From Macrostomum lignano (Eukaryota): 64,000 bases of DNA. The notes beneath the pieces were generated by a model, which saw only the letters and a program-made list of their open reading frames with translations, did not search any database and was not told the origin of the DNA. Each line of letters opens with the position of its first letter. Position 1 is the stretch's first letter. This document shows, piece by piece, positions 46,938 to 59,000 of this stretch. Position numbers and translations under genes: made by a program. The DNA is taken from NCBI GenBank assembly GCA_002269645.1, contig NIVC01000032.1, positions 62,001 through 126,000 of the forward strand, read 5' to 3'.

Positions 46938-47748
46938 ACAGCAGCTGATTGATCGAATCGCGGGAACTGCACGATATTTTAAAATCAGCAAATGAAGACA
47001 CGACCTGCTTTAGAAATAATTATTTCGATTTTTCTATTGGAAAATATTCTACGGAACATGCAGTTAGCCATCTGGAGCAGATGCAGCGTGGAAGAGGAAG
47101 AGAAGCCGGACGCAAGGCAGCAGCCGAGGAAGATGCTTCAGCTGCGCTCAGACCGGCCATTTCGCTGCTCAGTGCCCCAGCAGGAAGGCCAACCATGCCG
47201 TCTGTGTGCAGCCGCTGCCCAGGCAAAAGATACCGGGTCTCCGCCGGCGGCAGCTGGGGTCCTACCGCTGGCTCGAGAAGCTCAACCCCGCCACCTACCG
47301 AATCTCCAAACCCGCCGGCAGGAGGCGGAGCTCAGTTGTGGAACCACCGACTGGCTGAAGGTGTTCGTGCGCAGGCGGCCGAGGCCAACGATGGCGCTGC
47401 CTGCCGCTGGCTGACGCAGCAGGGGATGGTAGGCAGGATTTGTTTACGAGTACTTAGTTTGCATAAGAAAATGACGCACTGTAGGGTTGTGTCAACGGTA
47501 AACTTCTTTTTCGATACACATCGTTTCCGAACGCGAAACTCTGGTTGCAGCTCTGAATTTCCCGAAAGTTGCGAATGCTCGCGAAACGAATAAAGGATTC
47601 GAACTCAAGACCTACAGTTTTAATGCGAGGAGAGAATTAAGGCTGAGTTTAGGCTAACTGGTCAGCCAAGTCGGCAATTTCGACTCCTATGATTATAGTG
47701 CCTGATGTACTTTTATTGGCTCACCAGAGTACGCAAATTGAACACAAT

Positions 47749-48078
47749 CATTAGTCACAGTTCATTAGTCATTAGTCACAGTCCATTAGTCATTTAGTCA
47801 CTGTTCATTAGTCACTTAGTCACAGTTCATTAGTCACTAGTCACAGTTCATTAGTCATTTAGTCACAGTTCATTAGTCATTTAGTCACAGTTCATTAGTC
47901 ATTTAGTCACAGTTCATTAGTCATTTAGTCACAGTTCATTAGTCATTAGTCACAGTTTATTAGTTATTAGTCACAGTTCATTAGTCATTTAGTCACTGTT
48001 CATTAGTCATTTAGTCACAGTTCATTAGTCATTTAGTCACAGTTCATTAGTCAACAGTCACAGTTCATTAGTCATCAC
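47749..48078. repeat. 22-bp minisatellite (TAGTCACAGTTCATTAGTCATT)n
   Basis: About 15 units with 1-nt indel variants. Confidence 0.92.
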
Positions 48079-48708
48079 AGCAGGTGAAGCTGCACATTTG
48101 TTCTCAGAATTTTGTGTCCATGTTGAGGCTATAAGATACTGATGCATTTGACAAAGGCAGACAGCTTTCGGCTCTGTAGAGGCGGAGCCAAACAGCTATG
48201 GAAATCTCCGAGACTCGAATTTGCTGTCTCAGCCACCCTGAGACTCCATCAGTGCGGTCAGCACCGGAAGCATCGCACAGACACCTGTGCCACACGGAGC
48301 ATGGTGAGCATTGTTGCAGCCGTGAAAATCCTTGGGAATTGAGTGAGAAAGTCCTTGAGAGACGAATTGGGCTGGCTTTAGTTGATTCGGGTAATTCACC
48401 AATCTTCAGACAGAGACACAGAGGTGAACAAAGACCATCCTGCATGCTGGCCGACCACAACAATAAATAAACTGCATGATTTCAGCTCCTCCGCGCTCTT
48501 GTTTGTTTTGCTGCGAGATTTCCCTTGATTTTCGGTTCGACATCAGTTTTCGGGCTGCATAAGCCAGTAGCCTCCACTGCCTGGGGCAGATGCTTCATCT
48601 ATTGGCTGGATGCTTTTATCTATAAATGACTCACAGAGGATATCAACCCCCTTTTACTAACCTATTTTCAGGTAAACCAAAAACTCCTAAAATCAAGCAG
48701 TCAGTGTC

Positions 48709-48787
48709 ACTCAGTCACAGAGTGTCCCACAGTCACAGAGTGTCCCACAGTCACAGAGTGTCCCACAGTCATGGAGTGTCCCACAGC
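48709..48787. repeat. 18-bp repeat (AGTCACAGAGTGTCCCAC), about 4 copies
   Basis: Directly visible tandem units. Confidence 0.88.
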
Positions 48788-49096
48788 AGAGAGGCTTGAT
48801 GCGTACAACAAAAGAATGTGTTTAAAATACTTAATATATAATATATGTACAAATACATGTATACCGCCTCAGCATTCAGTGTGTTCTCAAGAAATAGGAT
48901 TTGCTCGACTGAATTTGTCTGCCGCGTTGGTTGCAGAAGCTGTGTGACACCTGTGTAATCCTGATCTTTCTTCGGTCTTGCCAAAGGCGTCAGGCTTCGC
49001 GGTGTCTGCCGAAACCAGAATCCGAACTTAGCGGCATCCTGACCGGCCTACAGCGGGCTGAATCGGCTTGGCTGTCGCTCATGCTGCATCAGAGTG

Positions 49097-52000
49097 TGTA
49101 GTGTACGCTCTGCGCGGTAATAATGTACAGCTGGCTTGGTCGATGAATTCCTAGAAATATTGATATTACGCAATACTCTCGTGCCTATAAATATAGTGAA
49201 TTGAGCAGTCGGCTCAGTTAAGTGCAATCATAGCGCACCCGAAGATATTACGTCAGTCTGCAAAGAGCGAGTTATAGTTAAACCCTATAGTTCACTCTCA
49301 CCTTGGCCTCTTGGGGGTGTGGTCGCAGCGCAATTGGAGAGGTCGCGGGTTCGCTCCCTGCAGCTTGTAGGATCGGAGGTGCGGGCTCCCCGACAGGAAA
49401 ATCAGGCTCAGTATCCGGCGCTACTCGCTTCAGGTCGGTGCAGTGTCGCCTGCAAACTCTGGCGCCCTGCCGAATGGTCATCGAGTCGCCCTTGACCTTC
49501 TCGACCAGCCAGGGTGCCCACTCGAACGGAGTCTCGCCCTTGAGCGGATTTAGTCGGCGCCGCAGCACTGTGTCACCGACTTTGAGACCGTGCGGTCTCG
49601 CCTGCCGTTGCTTGTCGGTGTAGCGCTTGCCCTTTGCCTTGCTGCTGGCGTCCTGCTGTCGGAGCCTCCTGTCCACGATGGCCACTGGTCTCGACGGCTT
49701 GACTGACGGGATGGCGTCGTTTGGGACGCGCCCCATAAAAAGCTCGGCTGGTGCCCGGTTGGTGGTTCGCTGCGGCGTGCAACGGTAGGCCAGCAGCCAC
49801 TCGTCAAGGGCTGCCCTCCAGTCGCTCTTCTGGGCAATGGCAGCTCGTACAACCTTATTGATGGAGCGGTTCAGGCGCTCGGTGATGCCGTTGGCCTGCG
49901 GATGCAGCGGTGTGATGAGACGCTGCCGGATTCCGTAGCTGTCCAGAAAGACTTTGAACTGGGCCGAGGAGAACGGCGGGCCGTTATCTGTGACCAGTAC
50001 CTGTGGGATGCCGAATCTGGCGAACGAATTCCTCAGCTTGGGAATCAGCGCTTCGGCCGTTGTGGTCTGGACGATCTCGACCTCAGGGAAGCGCGAGTAA
50101 TGGTCGACGCAGACGAGCAGCATGTTGCCTTGAATGGGGCCCAGCAGGTCTGCCCCTAGCGTTAGCCATGCAGCTTTCAGGATTGGCGTCGGCTTCAGCG
50201 GCGCCGCGGTCGCGTCGGCTTCAGCGGCGCCGCGGTCGCGTCGGCTTCAGCGGCGCCGCGGTCACGTCGGCCGCGTGCGACGTTGCTGCACAGGCTCGGC
50301 ACGCACGCACAAAGAGCTCCGCTTCTGTCTGCATCCTCGGCCACCAGACTTTGGTGTTCAAACGGTCAACCGTCTTGCGCATGCACTGATGACCACGGTG
50401 TGCCAGGTCCAACACCAGGCGCCGAAGCGCCGTTGGAACTACGATCCGCTGGTCCCGCAGGAGCAGGCCGTCCGCTGCCGATAGCTCGTCCCGTAGGGCG
50501 TGAAGCGATCGCATCTCCGCCGACTCGAGGCTCCATCGTCCTGTCTCCAGCGATCGAATAGCGGCTTGAATTGTTGCATCTTGCAGCGAACTCTCTTGCA
50601 CTAAGGACAGCGACAGAGCGTTCGGTATGGCCGCCTGGACAGTTGCTGCGATGCAGAGGGTGTCGAGCTCCTCGCCGACATTTCTTCCTCGTGTTGGCAG
50701 CGGCTGCTGGCTCAGCACATCCGCTGGGTTTAGTGGGCTGGTATTCGACTGTGAATTTCATGTTCTGAATGCGCAGCGCCATTCTTTCGATCCTCGGGGA
50801 GGCCTTGAGCGACTGCTGAACAATGCGATGAGCGGCTTGTGGTCCGTCACCACCGTAAATGTCGGGGCGCCGTGGAGGTAGTACTGAAATTTCAAACAGC
50901 CGTATTTGACTGCCGGCGCCTCCTTCTCAGTCTGGGAGTAGCGCTGCTCGACACCGGACAGCGTCCGGCTGGCGTACGCAACGGGCCGGTTGGTGCCGTC
51001 CGCTTGTGTCTGCGTTAGAATCGCGCCCAGGCCCGCTGGGCCGGCGTCGACGATGAGTTGCGTCGCTAGGCGGTGGTTAAAGGAGGCGAGGGTGCCGCTG
51101 GTCGCAATCAGGGTCTTGACGTCATCAAAAGCTCGTTTCTTGAGGTCGGTCCATGCCCAGGGCTCGCCTTTTCTAGTCAGATTGCGCAGCGGCTTCGCTA
51201 CGTCCGCCAGCCCGGGGGTGAATGAGGCCAGATAGTTTACCAGGCCTAGAAACGAGCGCACCTCTGTGACGGTCTTTGGCTCGGCGAATGCGTGGATGGC
51301 CTCCAGCTTGGACTGGGTTGGTCTGACCCCTTCACGAGACAGTCGCATCCCCATGAACGTGACCTCGGTACGGGCGAGCTTGCATTTTAACGGATTTAGC
51401 GTCAGCCCGTGCTGCGCCAGTCGTCGAAGACATGCCTGCAGGTTGCTGTGGTGCTCCGCCACGCTGTGCCCATACACGATGATGTCGTCGTGAATCCATT
51501 TTACTTTCGGAAGTCCAGCTAGCACGGATGACATGACCGCCTGGAGAATTTCCTGGGCCGTAGACAGTCCCATACAGAGCCGTGTCAGCCGCCGCAGGCC
51601 TCGTGGCGTCGAGAAAGTCAGAAGATGGCGGCATTCGTCGGCGACTGGGATTTGATAAAATGCCTTCGTGATGTCGAGCTCTGAGAATAGCTGCGCCCCT
51701 GCCATGTCTCCCGTCACCTCCTCGAATGTCGGGATGGGATGCCGCTCTCTAATGACCGACTTGTTCAGGTCTCTCAAGTCTTGCGTAATCCTGATCTCGC
51801 CCGGAGTCTGCTTGGGCACGACGACGATGCGAGCTACCCACTGACAGGGGCCTTCAACCGGCTTTGGTCCTCGAGGCACTGCAGCTCGGCGTCGACTGCC
51901 TGTGCGAGATGTATTGGCACCCTTGATGGGGGATGACCGACCGGCCTGGCTCCCTCTTCCAGGAAGATGCGGGCGGAATAGTTTTTGAGCCTGCCGATTC

Positions 52001-53587
52001 CGCTGAAGACTTGTGCGTTCTCCGTTAGGAGTTCGTCCAGGGCCGGTGCCCCTGGCGCATGTAGGACTTCCTTTGGGATCCCTGCTAGCATGCTGTCTAG
52101 CGAGACCTCAGGAGACGGACGCAGCTGGCATGCCACCTTGTTCTCTGGACCGACTCGCAGAATCTGAAGTCTTTCAGCGCTTCTCCGGCCAATGATGCAA
52201 GCGCCCTCACCGTCGAGCACCAAGAACGGTAGTGTCTCGTGGATCTCGAACACGCTGACTTGCAGGTCTGCCTTGCCCAGCAGTCTCAGTGGCTCTTGGC
52301 TTCCGTACGGGTAGACCTTGTCGCTGGCAGGCTGCAGCGCGGCTTTTTGCGGCATCCTGTCGTAGGCTGCCCTGTCGGTGATGTTGCAGGCCGCGCCGCT
52401 GTCGATGAGCACATTTGTCTTGAGCCCGTTAATGGCCGCAGGCGTCCAAGCTGAGCCGCAGTTCCGCAGGGGGAATAGCTCGTGCTCTAGGGGGTCGTCC
52501 TGCAGATATTCGACTCGACCCGGCGGAGCGCCCTCCTGCGGTTCGTCAACGGTCCTCAGAGGGACTTTAGCTGCTCCTCGACACGCCCGAGCGAAATGAC
52601 CCATCTTTCCGCAGCGTCGACACGCTTTGTTACGGGCTGCCTCGCACGTCCGATGTCCTGGCCGCCCGCAGCGATCGCAGTTAATGCCGCTGTCTCTTGC
52701 CGCGGCAGCCGGCCTGGGTGAATGCGACGGTCGGTTACGAGGTGGGCGCAGCGCCGCCACATTTGAAGCGGCAGGATGGCCCGTGTCGGCTGCGGTGCCG
52801 ATCTCAATGGCCTGGGCCTGCTGCTCCGCTGCCTCCCTCGCTCGGATTCGCTTCATAACGTCGTCCAAGGAGACATCGTTGAGCTGCAGGAGTTCCCTCC
52901 TGATCCTCTCGGACCGGTAATGAGCCACGATCTTGTCCCTGATGAGCGAGTCTCGGAGTTCGCCGGATGTGCATTGGTCCGCAGCCTTGCGTAGCCGACG
53001 GTACCAGGCCTCAATTGACTCTCCTTCTTCCTGACGGCAGATTTCAAATTGGTACCTGAGGAAGACAACGCTGTTCTTTTGGTCGAAGATTCCCTGCAAC
53101 TCTTTGATGAGCTCCTCCGCGGACTCTCCTTTCTCCACGCCGTTATCGTCCATAAGTCTTCAACCTTCTCGCCCGCTGTGTAAACTAAGAGTTCGAGCTG
53201 CTGTGTCGCATCTGAGATGCCGGCTGCGCGTATGTGGCTGTTGAACCTTCGCGTCCAGGTTTTCCATCGCTGAGCTCTTGTCAGAGGATCGCCTTCGAGG
53301 TCAAAGACGTCTGGTGCCGCGAGTTGCAGGGCCTGTGCCATATTTGCTGAATCACCGGTCGATATCAGTGTGCGGGGGGTGGGCCTCACTGAGAGTTTGC
53401 TTGCGACGCCATGTAATGACTCAGACTAGCTATTTAGTTTTGGCGAGAGAAAAACGATGCACTTAACTGAGCCGACTGCTCAATTCAGTATATTTATAGG
53501 CACGAGAGTATTGCGTAATATCAATATTGCTACGAATTCATCGACCAAGCCAGCTGTACATTATTACCGCGCAGAGCGTACATTACA
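49097..53587 (-). mobile_element. Ty3/Gypsy (Mag-like) element with inverted terminal repeats instead of a direct 3' LTR
   Basis: 176-bp 5' LTR at 53587-53412 (TGTAATG...CATTACA) and PBS at 53411-53398. Fragmented gag-PR-RT-RH-IN runs to a stop at 49278. 49097-49226 is the reverse complement of 53458-53587 (4 mismatches in 130). TSD GAGTG on both sides. Confidence 0.9.
49278..53341 (-). pseudogene. Frameshifted gag-pol of the second Gypsy element
   Basis: Motifs CDRCGRPGH..CRRCGKMGHFARAC, LIDSG, IHDD, IVDAG, HRGHQ..CRAC, CVDHY..TDNG..ANGITER. Breaks near 53155, 51870, 50780 and at a 26-bp triplication (50191-50268). Confidence 0.9.
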
Positions 53588-54127
53588 GAGTGCAGCTTCT
53601 TTCTCCATCGTAGTGCAGACTGGAAGCGGATCATCAAAAGTGCAGCCAGTAGCAGAGCCAGTGCACAGCTTGTGAAGCACTATGAATGTAAAATTACTGA
53701 AAAGGGCGGCTCTCTGCCCGCTGAGCACCCCAGCTGCTTAAACTGGGGATTGAGAATCAGTAGTGTTCAACGCCTGCACAGGACAGACAGACGGGGAGAC
53801 AGGAGCTCCATTGTCCCTTGCGACAGGCTGCTCAGCACCCACTGTGAGCACCTGAGTAGCTTTGAGCTGATTTGAATTTTTTACTTTTTAAGCATTATAA
53901 CAAAAACATTTTCCCTAACATCATACAATGAAAAACAATTTACATGTAGCCTCGTTTGATTGTTTTTACTTTACGTATTATAAAGCATCTATCTGCCATG
54001 AAGTACAACTTCACAGCCGTTTCCTTGGAAGACAGCACCAATTTAAGCAGATCTAAATGTAATGCTTGATTTTGCCGAAGCACTACCTATTTAATATTTT
54101 CAATAACAGGAAACTTCCTCACAAGCA

Positions 54128-55837
54128 ATGAGCCTTGAAGACACCAGTGACAGCTCGAGTTCGGACACGCCTCCCGCTACCCCAACTCCTCTCTGCATCA
54201 TCTGCGACCAAGCTGCAGTCGGTGTGGCTCCGTTCTCCCGCTGCCACATGTGCAGTCAACACCTCAGTGTCGATGTGGCCAATCTATTCAAGCTCAAGGA
54301 GGAGGTCGAAGAGCTGCTGCGTGCCTACTCAAAAGACTCACAAGAGTCACAAGACTCACAAGAGTCACAAGACTCACAAGAGTCACAAGACTCACAAGAG
54401 TCACAAGACTCACAAGAGTCACAAGGCGCAGCAGTTTCAGCTGGCCGTGCAGCGCTGCTGCGACCAAGACAAGACGCTGAGTCGCTGCGTCGTCTCGCTC
54501 TCGACATCCAACAGCAGCTGCAAGAGGTCAATCACAAATTCGATTTGGTACAGCAACACATCGACTCGTTTCGTAGCAGGGTGACGGGCCAGCTCTCAGG
54601 TGTGCTTGAGGCAGTGCGTGTGTGCGAGCGGGACCTCGAGGACGTCTCCAGCTACAAGCAGGAGGTGGCCACGGCGGAGGCTGCAGGCGACATTGCGGAG
54701 CTGCTTCGCCTGGTGCAGTCCATGCACGAATCGCTTGGAGACTTGGAGGCCGACTTTGAGAGGTCAGAGCGCCTGCTCAGAGACCAGAGCGACAATGAGG
54801 AGCTGCAGGTGCGGCTTCTGGGCCAGCTCGAGCGGCTGGTCGGCATTTGTGCGGGACGGAGTGAAGAGGGCGACTGGTCGAGAGACGCTGCGGTGACCGC
54901 GACGTCCGAGGAGATTGACGCTGCTGAGAGACTTCTGTTCGATCCGATGGTCTTCAGTCACGAGGTGAAGCTGGATGGCGATGTTAAATGGCTGGCTGTG
55001 TGCAGCGACACCAGCGGATTCGTTGGTGACCGCTCAGGCCGAGTGGTTCCCGCCGACTCAGCGGGAGACGGCAGCGAGGCTCTGCCTCAACCCTGCATCC
55101 TGGTATCATACTTTTCCGATAGAGACCATCTACTGGTGCTGTCTGTGGACGGCTCACAAAAGCTGCGGTGCCACTGCGACATCGACTGGAATAAGGACAT
55201 TTTTGGCCTTCACTGCGACGGTCAGCTACTGTTCATTGCTCAGCCTGACGCAGTGACAGTGACGGACCTGAGCGGTCGCGCGGTTCGTCGACTCAGCCCA
55301 CAAATTCGGGGTTTCTGTGGTATCTTGGGAATCGGTGGCAACGCAGCCACCGTGTTTGTGCCCAGCGGAAACAAAATTGTTGCATTCAGCAAAGCGACTT
55401 GGCAGATGGAGACGGTCATCACGCTGTCTCAACTTCCTGATGCACGACTGCACAACCTGGCGACTCACGACAACTGCATTCTGGTGACGGACTGGATGCA
55501 CAATCAGGTGCACAGAGTGCGCATCGACACCCAGCAGCTGGTCGCCTCCTTCCCGACTCAGCGTTCCAGCCTCCAACAGTCTGCTCATCCAATTGATGTT
55601 GCCGTCGACAGCAGAGGCCGCCTGTTCGTGAGTGAATTTTCGGGTCACTCAGTGAGATCGGTGGCTGCAGACGACGGGTCGCTGCTGTGGACTCTGGGGA
55701 CTCCGGGCGAGAGCGGCAGCGGAGACGGCAGATTCAGGGGTCCATGGGGTCTGGCGGTGGTGACGGGAGGTCCGCGCGACCAGCTGGTGGTGGCTGACAG
55801 TTTTAATAGCAGACTGCAGGTGTTCAGTGCATCGTAA
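54128..55837 (+). CDS. TRIM-NHL-like protein, copy 5 (intact)
   Basis: 569-aa open frame MSLEDTSDSSSS...RLQVFSAS*. Confidence 0.9.
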   Translation: MSLEDTSDSSSSDTPPATPTPLCIICDQAAVGVAPFSRCHMCSQHLSVDVANLFKLKEEVEELLRAYSKDSQESQDSQESQDSQESQDSQESQDSQESQGAAVSAGRAALLRPRQDAESLRRLALDIQQQLQEVNHKFDLVQQHIDSFRSRVTGQLSGVLEAVRVCERDLEDVSSYKQEVATAEAAGDIAELLRLVQSMHESLGDLEADFERSERLLRDQSDNEELQVRLLGQLERLVGICAGRSEEGDWSRDAAVTATSEEIDAAERLLFDPMVFSHEVKLDGDVKWLAVCSDTSGFVGDRSGRVVPADSAGDGSEALPQPCILVSYFSDRDHLLVLSVDGSQKLRCHCDIDWNKDIFGLHCDGQLLFIAQPDAVTVTDLSGRAVRRLSPQIRGFCGILGIGGNAATVFVPSGNKIVAFSKATWQMETVITLSQLPDARLHNLATHDNCILVTDWMHNQVHRVRIDTQQLVASFPTQRSSLQQSAHPIDVAVDSRGRLFVSEFSGHSVRSVAADDGSLLWTLGTPGESGSGDGRFRGPWGLAVVTGGPRDQLVVADSFNSRLQVFSAS

Positions 55838-56587
55838 TTTTATTCACAGGCCGAATAATAATCGAATTGTGGGGATTCTGGACTGACAGATTAATTGGTG
55901 TTTCATGGTGGGGGTTTCTCATTGTTTATCGTTTTCTAGAAGTTTCAGCACCAGAAATTGGGACTTGACTGTTGAATTGACTCAGCGCTCGCTTCTGTGG
56001 TGCATTTTCCTCGATGGGTCACTGCTTTGTGTTTTATATGCATGATTACAGGTGTCTTTGGCAGGGAAATTTGACTGCAGCGGTAGGCGTTGTACTTGTC
56101 TGGCGTTGACTTAGATCTGCTAGCAGCTGGGCGAGGACAACGCGGTGGTCGATGAACTGAGTCGGATCTGGAGTCCATGGGTGACGAAGTGACTGTTTGA
56201 GTCTATACTGAACTGACTTTGAGTGCGGTTATTGGAACAGAGTTCTGCTTTGCAAGTTTTCTGGCTTCTTTTACTTGCTTTTGTTGCTGTTTCATGGCTT
56301 GTGTTGTGTTGTGGTGTAAGCTTTGGTTTATTTTTCTCGCAATCACCCTGGGCGGCTTGTCTCGCACGATAAATAGACCCACGGGAATACAACTTTTACT
56401 TTGCTGTTTGTTCTGTAGGCTGAGCTCTTACTGGAGAATGCTGGAGTGCTGGCTTCTTTCTTGCCATCGCCTTATGGGGAATGTCACAGTGTTTCATAGT
56501 AAATGGGTTTCACTGTGAATCATGGGTTTCTTGAAATTATGCGATTGTCATAAAACTGAGGTGTCAAGATCTTATGGTGGTTAAGAA

Positions 56588-57290
56588 TCACTCAACCAGT
56601 AATGAATTCCATACCATATAAGCAAAAAACTGTAAACAATTCAACTCAAGAACACCTGGCATACAGTTTCCGATGCTTCTGTGTACTGTCGATCTAGACG
56701 GCAAGCAAAATCCAATGCTCCGCAGGTAGCGGTGGCATCGAGGACTGTAGTGAAGTATCCTTGTGGCAAATTTAATGGAATCACGCGTCGAGACAGGTCT
56801 AAGCCTCTTGGAATTCAAAAGTAGATCAAAAGCATTTGGATGAAAAGCGGCTGCGACGAAATGCAGCTTCCAATGTTGAATTCTTCAAAGACTTGACGGC
56901 AATTATCTGGCGTTTCAGCCTCTTCAATTGACTTCTAGCAACATGCAGCTTCCGATTCAGTTCTTGCCTTGTTGCAGGCTTTCTTCCTCTTGGTTGAGGA
57001 TCGTGAAGCGCAGCAGAAGAAGGACTGCAAGGACTGTAGGTATAGGAATTGCAGCCATTGGTATGCTGTGCTCCGGACGGGCCGTAGAGAATATTGTTGA
57101 GCTTTGCCAAGACAATATCGCTAATTCTACAATCTTCTGTGAATCACTTATTCAGCAATGCGCAAGCGGCAAGCTTGGATCTGTTTTATCATGCCGAGTT
57201 CTAGCTCCAGCAGTGCGGATTTACATGAAGAATCTAGTCATTCTTGGAATGACAATTGGAAGAGCGATGAAGCACTGAAACGCAAGAAGT
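56588..57290 (-). mobile_element. Degenerate P-element/THAP-type transposase fragment
   Basis: KFATRILHYSPRCHRYLRSIGFCLPSRSTV...PG resembles the P-transposase motif FAL.L..YSP.AY.YLR...LP..ST. It is preceded by a coiled coil (RQELNRKLHVARSQLKRLK) and broken THAP-like words (HRFP after a 1-nt correction, FTEDC, AIP.PT). Confidence 0.6.
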
Positions 57291-59000
57291 CAAAACTATC
57301 TGAGAAATGAGCTATAGCTCTGACGTATGCTCACTCGTAGTAGATTAGCTTTCGTTTTAACTTTTATAGAGTCATAAAGTGTTATTTTCATACAGCATGC
57401 CCCAGCACTTTTCTGCTCTGTAAGTTAATTTCACTCTGTTTTGCTGAAGTACATGTATCACCTAAGGATTTTCTCGCCATGATAAAATATTTCAATTCTC
57501 TGAAATTATTCGACAAATCTTTCCGTGGGTATCATTCCTTTTTTGTTTCATTGTATTTGCATGGCCTGAAGGGTTATAAAGTATTTTTATCGCACTAACA
57601 AAGCGAAAGTTTTTTGAATAATACAACTTAACGTTGGAGACCTAAAGTTCTGAATGTTTTGCGTTGAATAGTGCAAACCGCATCTTTCTTTTAGTTTAGT
57701 GATTTTTAGTTAAATCGTTATCAGTCATAAAAATGAAAAAATGTTGCATTTTCCTATTCATTCACTGCTTTCCAATTGAGCTTTTACCCCTAAACTTGTA
57801 TGCTGCCTAAACTAGTGTCCCTTCCTGGGGAGCGCAGGACCATAGAGGTTTCCCTGGCATATCTTTATACATGCTACTTGTCTTACTACTATGTAAGTAG
57901 TACGTTAACAATTTTATGCATTTTTTGAGGGAGACAGAATACTCTACACACGTAAACAAGATGTCGGTTGTGGTGTAAGTGCGGAGTCATCGGTGAGCAA
58001 TCGGAGTAAAAGCGGCTCGCGATCCCAGAGTCGGGACTATGCACGGTCGCTTTAGCATTGAAAATGAGTGAGTGGCTTCCAGAAACTGCTGCTGCATCAA
58101 AAGCTGAGGGACTTCAACTGACTTTATGCTGCATAGCGACTGGTGTGACTGTCAATCAGACATGACAGCAGCTGATTGATTGAATCGCGGGAGCAGATTG
58201 GTTGGGATGCCAAATTTTGTAAGGAGCTGAATTAAGTTACTACAAATTCATAATTTTACCATTCAATAAATGCAAAAATGATAATTAAATATGAACAAAT
58301 GAAGACACGATCTGCTTTCAAAATATGAAATTACTTTATATAGACTATTTTTATTTCTAATTTTATTTCTATTTTTTTATTAGAGAAATCAGTGGGTAAG
58401 GGAGGTAACAGCAGGGGCAGGAATGACAAAACCTGGAATGAACAGGAATGAACGTTCAAAATTAGCATGAACCTGATCGGTAAAAAAATAACATGCACTC
58501 GGACTACTTCTTACAAAAGAAAGTGATACGCAAACGCAAGTCAATTCTTCTGTACCCGAGCACAAATACTGACTGAATGTCGTCTTTGTGACGAATTAAC
58601 AGAAATAGAATATATACAGAGAAAGATGAATATAGATAGATAATTAGTTCATCTTCTGAGCAGAACTTTTCAGTCTACATCATCAAGACTGATTCTGTTT
58701 TCTGCATTTAGCACTATTAACAGATAGTGATTGAATTGCTTAAAGGTTGAGTTTTATATTTTTTCATAGCTTGAATAGTTTGTCTTACACTGCCTAAAAC
58801 TGAGACAAAACAAGATATATGTAGAAATTATTAAAATAGAAAATTTCGAGAAATTTATACGATATATTTTGGTTAAATAGAAATTGTCTGTGTGATGCAG
58901 AGTCAATTGATTTATTTATTCGGTATACAAGTAGCTACTGCACAAAAAGCTTTAAAAATTTATTCAACAAGTTTATTTATTTATTCGTCTATTTATTCAT

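Noticed and set aside
46949-47593. 214-aa ORF downstream of the satellite
   Set aside because: No recognisable domain, splice context or paralogue; it starts in the conserved non-coding flank.
49097-53587. DIRS-type element as the explanation for the inverted ends
   Set aside because: The element encodes a protease and DDE integrase and has a TSD and tRNA PBS. I saw no tyrosine recombinase or internal complementary region.
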